Positions 8,936 through 13,150 of a DNA stretch of 13,150 nucleotides are shown one piece after another. Position 1 is the stretch's first letter; every line of letters begins with the position of its first letter. The stretch is from contig JASFEA010000088.1 in assembly GCA_050125095.1 (NCBI GenBank), positions 1-13,150 of the forward strand. The letters are read 5' to 3'. Position numbers and translations under genes: made by a program. The DNA is from a bacterium (GTDB lineage Bacteria > Arandabacterota > Arandabacteria > Arandabacterales > JALGWA01). A model generated the notes under the pieces. It ran no database searches, was not told the DNA's origin, and saw only the letters and a list, made by a program, of their open reading frames with translations.

Positions 8936-9793
8936 ATGTACATCCTGAAGCAGGCTTTCAGCGGGATAAAGCGCGCCGGTTTCATGTCTGTGGCGTGCAT
9001 ACTGATCACGACGTTCTCCCTGCTGATATTCGGCATCTTTCTTCTGGCGACGGCGAACCTGAGAGAAGTTCTCCGGTACGCCCATGAGAAAGTCGAGATT
9101 GTCGCCTTCCTGGAGGACGGGATCACTTCGGCCCGAATGGACTCGCTCGAGGCCGAGCTCAACGCCATACCCTTTATTGAGGACAGGACCTACGTATCTC
9201 CAGGCAGCGCGCTCGAGAGGCTTCGCGAGGAGTTCGGGACGAGGAGCTTCCTTCTCGACGCGCTTGAGGAGAATCCCATGCCGGCGTCGTTTGAGATTAC
9301 GCTCAAACCGCAGTACCGGCTGAAGGACCGCGTGGTGAGCGTGGCGGAGAGAATCAGGAAACTGCCGGGCATAGAGGACGTCAGCTACGGCCGCGGGTGG
9401 ATAGCCAGGCTCGAGAGCCTGGTCCGCATGCTCGCGCTCATCGACATCTGCGTGGGGGTTGTGGTGGGGGTGGCGTCGATAGTGACGGTCTCTTATACGG
9501 TCAGGCTCACGCTTTTCGCGCGCAAGGAGCACATCAGGGTGCTCAAGCTGGTCGGCGCAACCGACTGGTTCGTCATGCTTCCGTTCCTCCTGGAGGGTGT
9601 CATACACGGTCTGATTTCCGTAGCGATCTCGCTATCGGTGGTCTACGGGGCTTACCGCGTTATCGAAGTCAGGATCCCGCAGGCGGTTTATATGCCCCCC
9701 GGCATGATTCTCTTCTTCGCGTCATTCGGCGTCATATCCGCGGTGCTGGGAAGCTGGGTTTCGCTCAAGACTTTCATGAGAGCAAAAGACTAG
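8936..9793 (+). CDS. ftsX: Cell division permease FtsX (285 aa)
   Basis: TM1, then a large periplasmic loop (YVSPGSALERL...LEENPMPASFEI...PGIEDVSYG), then three TMs with the motif TVRLTLFARKEHIRVLKLVGATDWFVMLPFLLEG; starts 1 nt after the ftsE stop. Confidence 0.96.
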   Translation: MYILKQAFSGIKRAGFMSVACILITTFSLLIFGIFLLATANLREVLRYAHEKVEIVAFLEDGITSARMDSLEAELNAIPFIEDRTYVSPGSALERLREEFGTRSFLLDALEENPMPASFEITLKPQYRLKDRVVSVAERIRKLPGIEDVSYGRGWIARLESLVRMLALIDICVGVVVGVASIVTVSYTVRLTLFARKEHIRVLKLVGATDWFVMLPFLLEGVIHGLISVAISLSVVYGAYRVIEVRIPQAVYMPPGMILFFASFGVISAVLGSWVSLKTFMRAKD

Positions 9794-9804
9794 GGGTTGG
9801 TCCG

Positions 9805-10986
9805 TTGAAACCTCTTTGGGTGTTTATAGCCGTTTTCCTCTTTGTGTCGGCGCCCGCGGGGGCGCCCGGAGAGGAGGCGCCCTATACATCGAGGGAACAG
9901 GTCGAGGAAGAGATCCACCGCACGGAGGAGGAACTCGACGGCATACGCCGCGAGCTGGCCGAGAAACGCAAGCGGGCCGAAGAGCTGGCGGGAGAGGAAA
10001 GCGATCTTCAGGCGGAGATCGCGAGGATAAACGAGGAGATACGCCTCAACCGCAGCCTTCTCGACAAGCTGGCCGAGCAGAAGAGAGCACTGATGAGCGA
10101 CCTCGAGTATTCTCATCAAGACCTTGCGCTGGCCGAGGTCGCGCTCTCGGATTCGCGCGAACTCCTTAACAGGCGGCTGCGGGCCATTTACAAGTTCGGG
10201 CGCGGGCAGGCCATGGAGATTCTGCTTACTTCCAAGACCTTCGCCGATCTCGCCAAACGCATCTACTACCTGACCATGATCACCGACCATGATCGCGAGA
10301 TAATAGGAGCCTACACGGAGCAGGTCGAGTCCAAGCGCGTGCTGGTCCAGTATATCGAGGAGAAGAAGGAGAGGATCGAGGGAATCGAGGCGGAGGCGAG
10401 GGCGGAGGACGAGAACCTGAGGGCAAAGAAGGAGGAGAGAGACGGTCTTGTCGCCCAGCTAAAGGAGAAGCGCTACTACTATGAGAACCTTGCGCGCGAG
10501 CTGGAAGACGCCAGCCGCAACCTGGAGGCGGTTATAGAGACGCTCATGAGCCAGGCGGAAGTGCTGGCGGAGGCCGACACCACCTTCGAGGGCCGGATGG
10601 GTACTCTGATGTGGCCCTGTGACGGCGAAGTGATTTCCGAATACGGTATGGAAACGCATCCCCGCTTCGGTACGATCATAAAGAACAATGGAATAGACAT
10701 CAGGACAACTCCCGGGAGCAAGGTTCGAGCCGTGGCGTCCGGGGAAGTCAGTTTCGCAGGTCCGCTGTCGGGCTTCGGGAATTGCATAATCATCGGCCAC
10801 GGCGACGGCTTCTACACCCTGTACGGGCACCTTGAGTCCCTGCTGGTGTCCAAGGGCTACAGGGTTGGCGAAGGCGACGCAATAGGTTATATTGGGGAAA
10901 CGAGCACCCCGGAGGGTGCGGTGCTGCATTTCGAGATCCGTAAGGGCAAAGCGCCACTTGATCCGACCAGGTGGTTTTTGAGATAA
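9805..10986 (+). CDS. envC: EnvC-like murein hydrolase activator: signal peptide, long coiled coil, degenerate M23/LytM domain (about 393 aa)
   Basis: Start reassigned from 9397 to TTG 9805 (AGGGG 8 nt upstream), giving the signal peptide MKPLWVFIAVFLFVSAPAGA. Coiled coil with RLRAIYKFG...LLTSKTFADL; M23 domain LMWPCDG...NNGIDI...YTLYGHL...VLHFEIR...DPTRW; directly after ftsEX. Confidence 0.88.
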   Translation: MKPLWVFIAVFLFVSAPAGAPGEEAPYTSREQVEEEIHRTEEELDGIRRELAEKRKRAEELAGEESDLQAEIARINEEIRLNRSLLDKLAEQKRALMSDLEYSHQDLALAEVALSDSRELLNRRLRAIYKFGRGQAMEILLTSKTFADLAKRIYYLTMITDHDREIIGAYTEQVESKRVLVQYIEEKKERIEGIEAEARAEDENLRAKKEERDGLVAQLKEKRYYYENLARELEDASRNLEAVIETLMSQAEVLAEADTTFEGRMGTLMWPCDGEVISEYGMETHPRFGTIIKNNGIDIRTTPGSKVRAVASGEVSFAGPLSGFGNCIIIGHGDGFYTLYGHLESLLVSKGYRVGEGDAIGYIGETSTPEGAVLHFEIRKGKAPLDPTRWFLR

Positions 10987-10998
10987 GGGCTGGGAAAT

Positions 10999-12273
10999 AT
11001 GGAAGAACAACATAGCAATCAAGCGCCCGACCGGCCGCAGCCTGCCGAGCCGCAGGGGGCCGGGTCAAGACCCACCGATCCGCAAGGGACCGGGCAAGGA
11101 CCTGCCGGTCCACAACCTGCCGGTCCACAACCTTCCGGGTCAGAACCTTTCGGGTCAAAACCGGCTGAGCCACAACCGGCCGGAGTACCCCCGGCCGAGC
11201 CCCAACAGGCCGATTCGCGACAGGCCGAGCCGGGCCAGCCTCCGACCGACCAGGGCCAATCGGTCCCCGGCGATTCCTCGGGAGTCGCCGTGGCTCCTGT
11301 TACGGTGCCCAGGGTGGTGCAGGTCGAGTTCAAGGGTGAGCGCCGGGCGTATTTCTTGAACGCCAAGAAGTTCCCCATCGCCGAAGGCGACTATGTGGTG
11401 GTCCAGGTGGAGCGCGGCCGGGATACCGGCAAGGTCGTGAGAAGCGGCGACGTGCTCGACAAGATACCCGACATCCGTCCGATCAAGCAGGAAGTGCTGC
11501 GCAGGGCCTCCGAGGACGACCTCCGCAAGTGGGAGGAGAACAAGAGGAAGGAAGAGGAGGCGCGGCGGGTATGTGAAGAGAAAATCGCGGCCCACGGGCT
11601 GAAGATGAAGCTGGTGGAAGTCGAGTACCAGCTCGACGGCACCAAGATCACGTTCTTCTTCACGGCGGACGAGCGGGTGGACTTCAGAGAACTTGTCAAG
11701 GACCTGGCGGGGATTTATAAAACGCGTATCGAGCTCAGGCAGATCGGCGTCAGGGACGAGGCCAAGCGCCTCGGCGGCTACGGGTCCTGCGGCAGGAAGT
11801 ACTGCTGTACGACTTTCCTACAGGAGTTCGAGCCGGTCACGTTGCGCATGGCAAGGGATCAGCGCCTGTCTTTGAGCCCCACCAAGATCTCCGGCGCATG
11901 CGGCAGGCTGATGTGTTGCCTGGCTTATGAGCGGGAATACTACATGGAGGTCGCCAAACAGCTTCCGAAGGTCGGGCGGAAACTGACGACTCCGTACGGC
12001 GAGGTAACGGTTACGAAGATCGACATCTTCGCGCAGGCCGTGATTGCCGAGGATGAGAACGGCGAGGAAATGCGCCTCACTCTCGAGCAGGTCAGAAAGG
12101 CGACCCAGGCCAGGCCGGGGGCGCAGGCCGAAACCGCGCCGCGCGCGGCAGAGCCGCCGGACATCGAAAGCGCCAGGGACGGCGACGAGCCAGCGGCCGA
12201 CGAGCCGGAGGCCGGCGAGCGAACGGCAGAGCAGCCGCCGGGAGACCGGCCCGAGAGCTGGGAAGGCATGTGA
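10999..12273 (+). CDS. ricT: PSP1-domain / RicT (YaaT) family Fe-S protein with low-complexity N- and C-terminal extensions (424 aa)
   Basis: Core from about residue 103: VQVEFK...GDYVVVQVERGRDTGKV...LKMKLVEVEYQLDGTKITFFFTADERVDFRELVKDLA...TRIELRQIGVRDEAKRLGGYGSCGRKYCC...KISGACGRLMCCLAYE. Adjacency to metG is a known context. An alternative start at GTG 11290 (GGAG at 11281-11284) is possible. Confidence 0.93.
   Translation: MEEQHSNQAPDRPQPAEPQGAGSRPTDPQGTGQGPAGPQPAGPQPSGSEPFGSKPAEPQPAGVPPAEPQQADSRQAEPGQPPTDQGQSVPGDSSGVAVAPVTVPRVVQVEFKGERRAYFLNAKKFPIAEGDYVVVQVERGRDTGKVVRSGDVLDKIPDIRPIKQEVLRRASEDDLRKWEENKRKEEEARRVCEEKIAAHGLKMKLVEVEYQLDGTKITFFFTADERVDFRELVKDLAGIYKTRIELRQIGVRDEAKRLGGYGSCGRKYCCTTFLQEFEPVTLRMARDQRLSLSPTKISGACGRLMCCLAYEREYYMEVAKQLPKVGRKLTTPYGEVTVTKIDIFAQAVIAEDENGEEMRLTLEQVRKATQARPGAQAETAPRAAEPPDIESARDGDEPAADEPEAGERTAEQPPGDRPESWEGM
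11041..11235 (+). repeat. Degenerate 15-bp tandem repeat array (about 13 units) in the 5' part of the RicT/PSP1 ORF
   Basis: In-frame units from 11041: PAEPQ GAGSR PTDPQ GTGQG PAGPQ PAGPQ PSGSE PFGSK PAEPQ PAGVP PAEPQ QADSR QAEPG. Two exact copies of CCTGCCGGTCCACAA at 11101 and 11116; near-identical pair CCTTCCGGGTCAGAA / CCTTTCGGGTCAAAA at 11131 and 11146. Confidence 0.9.
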
Positions 12274-12274
12274 G

Positions 12275-13150
12275 ATGGCAGGGAAGTTCTACCTGACCAC
12301 AGCAATAGACTACGTGAATTCTTTCCCCCACCTCGGGACGGCATACGAGAAGATTTGCGCCGACATCATAGTGAAGTACATGAAGATGCGCGGCTGGGAC
12401 ACTTACTTCTCCATGGGCAACGACGAGCACTCCCAGAACGTATGCAAGGCTGCTGTCGGCAAGGGCAAGGACCCCCACGCATACTGCGATGAGATGGCGG
12501 CCGTGTTCCAGGAGACCTGGGAGGCGTTCGGCATCGAATATGACGACTTTGTGCGCACAACCGAAGAGAGGCACACGAAGGCCGTCGAGGAGATATTCCG
12601 GCGGGTCGAGGCCAAAGGAGATATATACAAGTCCAAGTATGCCGGCCACTACTGCGTATCCTGCGAGGCCTTTTACCAGGAGGAGGACCTGGTCGACGGC
12701 AATTGCCCGACGCACAAGATGCCGGCCAAGTGGATCGAAGAGGAAAACTACTTCTTCCGGCTGTCAAAGTACGCCGGACCGCTTCTCGAGCACATCAGGG
12801 CGAATGAGAGCTTCATCATTCCGGAGGTGCGCAAGAACGAGATAGTGAGCTTCATCGAGCGCGGCCTTCAGGACGTGAGCATATCTCGCTCCGGCCTGGA
12901 GTGGGGCATCCCCGTGCCCGGCGATCCCGACCACTCCTTCTATGTATGGTTCGACGCCCTCATCAACTACATCACTGTGCTCGGATTCCCGGACGAGAGC
13001 GGTCTCTTTAAGAAGTACTGGCCTGCGGATGTGCATCTCATAGGAAAGGATATCACGCGCTTTCACTGCATAATGTGGCCTTCGATGCTCATGAGCGCGG
13101 GGATTGAGCTGCCGAAGACCATCATCGGGCACGGCTTCATAAGCTTCAAG
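12275..13150 (+). CDS. metG: Methionine--tRNA ligase, N-terminal 292 aa (3' truncated by window edge; absent from the supplied ORF track)
   Basis: Manual translation: MAGKFYLTTAIDYVNSFPHLGTAYEKICAD...GNDEHSQNV...YDDFVRTTEERH...GDIYKSKYAGHYCVSCEAFY...CPTHK...EEENYFFRLSKY...PEVRKNEI...DVSISR...WGIPVP...YVWFDALINY...WPADVHLIGKDITRFHCIMWP...GHGF. ATG is 1 nt after the ricT stop. Confidence 0.98.
   Translation, partial: MAGKFYLTTAIDYVNSFPHLGTAYEKICADIIVKYMKMRGWDTYFSMGNDEHSQNVCKAAVGKGKDPHAYCDEMAAVFQETWEAFGIEYDDFVRTTEERHTKAVEEIFRRVEAKGDIYKSKYAGHYCVSCEAFYQEEDLVDGNCPTHKMPAKWIEEENYFFRLSKYAGPLLEHIRANESFIIPEVRKNEIVSFIERGLQDVSISRSGLEWGIPVPGDPDHSFYVWFDALINYITVLGFPDESGLFKKYWPADVHLIGKDITRFHCIMWPSMLMSAGIELPKTIIGHGFISFK

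Noticed and set aside
9397..9804. 136-aa N-terminal extension of the EnvC ORF in the ORF track (529 aa), overlapping ftsX by about 400 nt
   Set aside because: It is an off-frame read of ftsX with low-information sequence. TTG 9805 has an SD-like AGGGG and yields a clean signal peptide and a typical EnvC length.
9849..9866. Inverted repeat GGCGCCC-GCGG-GGGCGCC near the envC start
   Set aside because: It lies in coding sequence for Ala/Pro/Gly codons, has no U-tract, and is unremarkable in GC-rich DNA.
11041..11235. Tandem array considered as a CRISPR array or iteron set
   Set aside because: Units are 15 bp, contiguous without unique spacers, degenerate and in frame with a protein; there are no cas or rep genes.
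12092..13132. Several short ORFs listed over the 3' end (e.g. 12092-12715 minus, 12489-12845 plus, 12764-13132 minus)
   Set aside because: All overlap the clearly recognisable metG frame starting at 12275, which the track missed only because it has no stop in the window.
1..13150. Search for a novel defence, mobile or RNA-based system
   Set aside because: Every stretch is accounted for by recognisable housekeeping genes. I see no integrase, transposase, nuclease, reverse transcriptase, tRNA or intergenic space large enough for a structured ncRNA.

Overview
A GC-rich bacterial chromosomal segment fully packed with 11 co-oriented (+ strand) core genes and almost no intergenic DNA (gaps of 37 nt or less, two overlaps). 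Order: 3' end of a probable BatA/vWA-type membrane protein, mfd, a lipoprotein parvulin-type foldase, a SurA-like foldase, a small S4 protein of the RqcP/YabO type, pdxA, ftsE, ftsX, an EnvC-like degenerate M23 activator, a PSP1/RicT (YaaT) protein, and the 5' part of metG (missing from the ORF track because it runs off the window). The SurA-like gene suggests a diderm host. The gene order resembles FCB-group candidate phyla or deltaproteobacteria-like lineages, but that is inference only. I see no mobile element, CRISPR array, RNA gene, defence system or clearly novel multi-gene system; this looks like a housekeeping super-operon. The points most worth checking are a 15-bp tandem repeat array encoding a Pro/Gln pentapeptide extension on RicT, an RqcP-like gene between surA and pdxA, two tandem foldases with degenerate parvulin sites, a candidate sigma70 promoter inside pdxA ahead of ftsEX-envC, and an HLGT-variant MetRS coupled directly to ricT.
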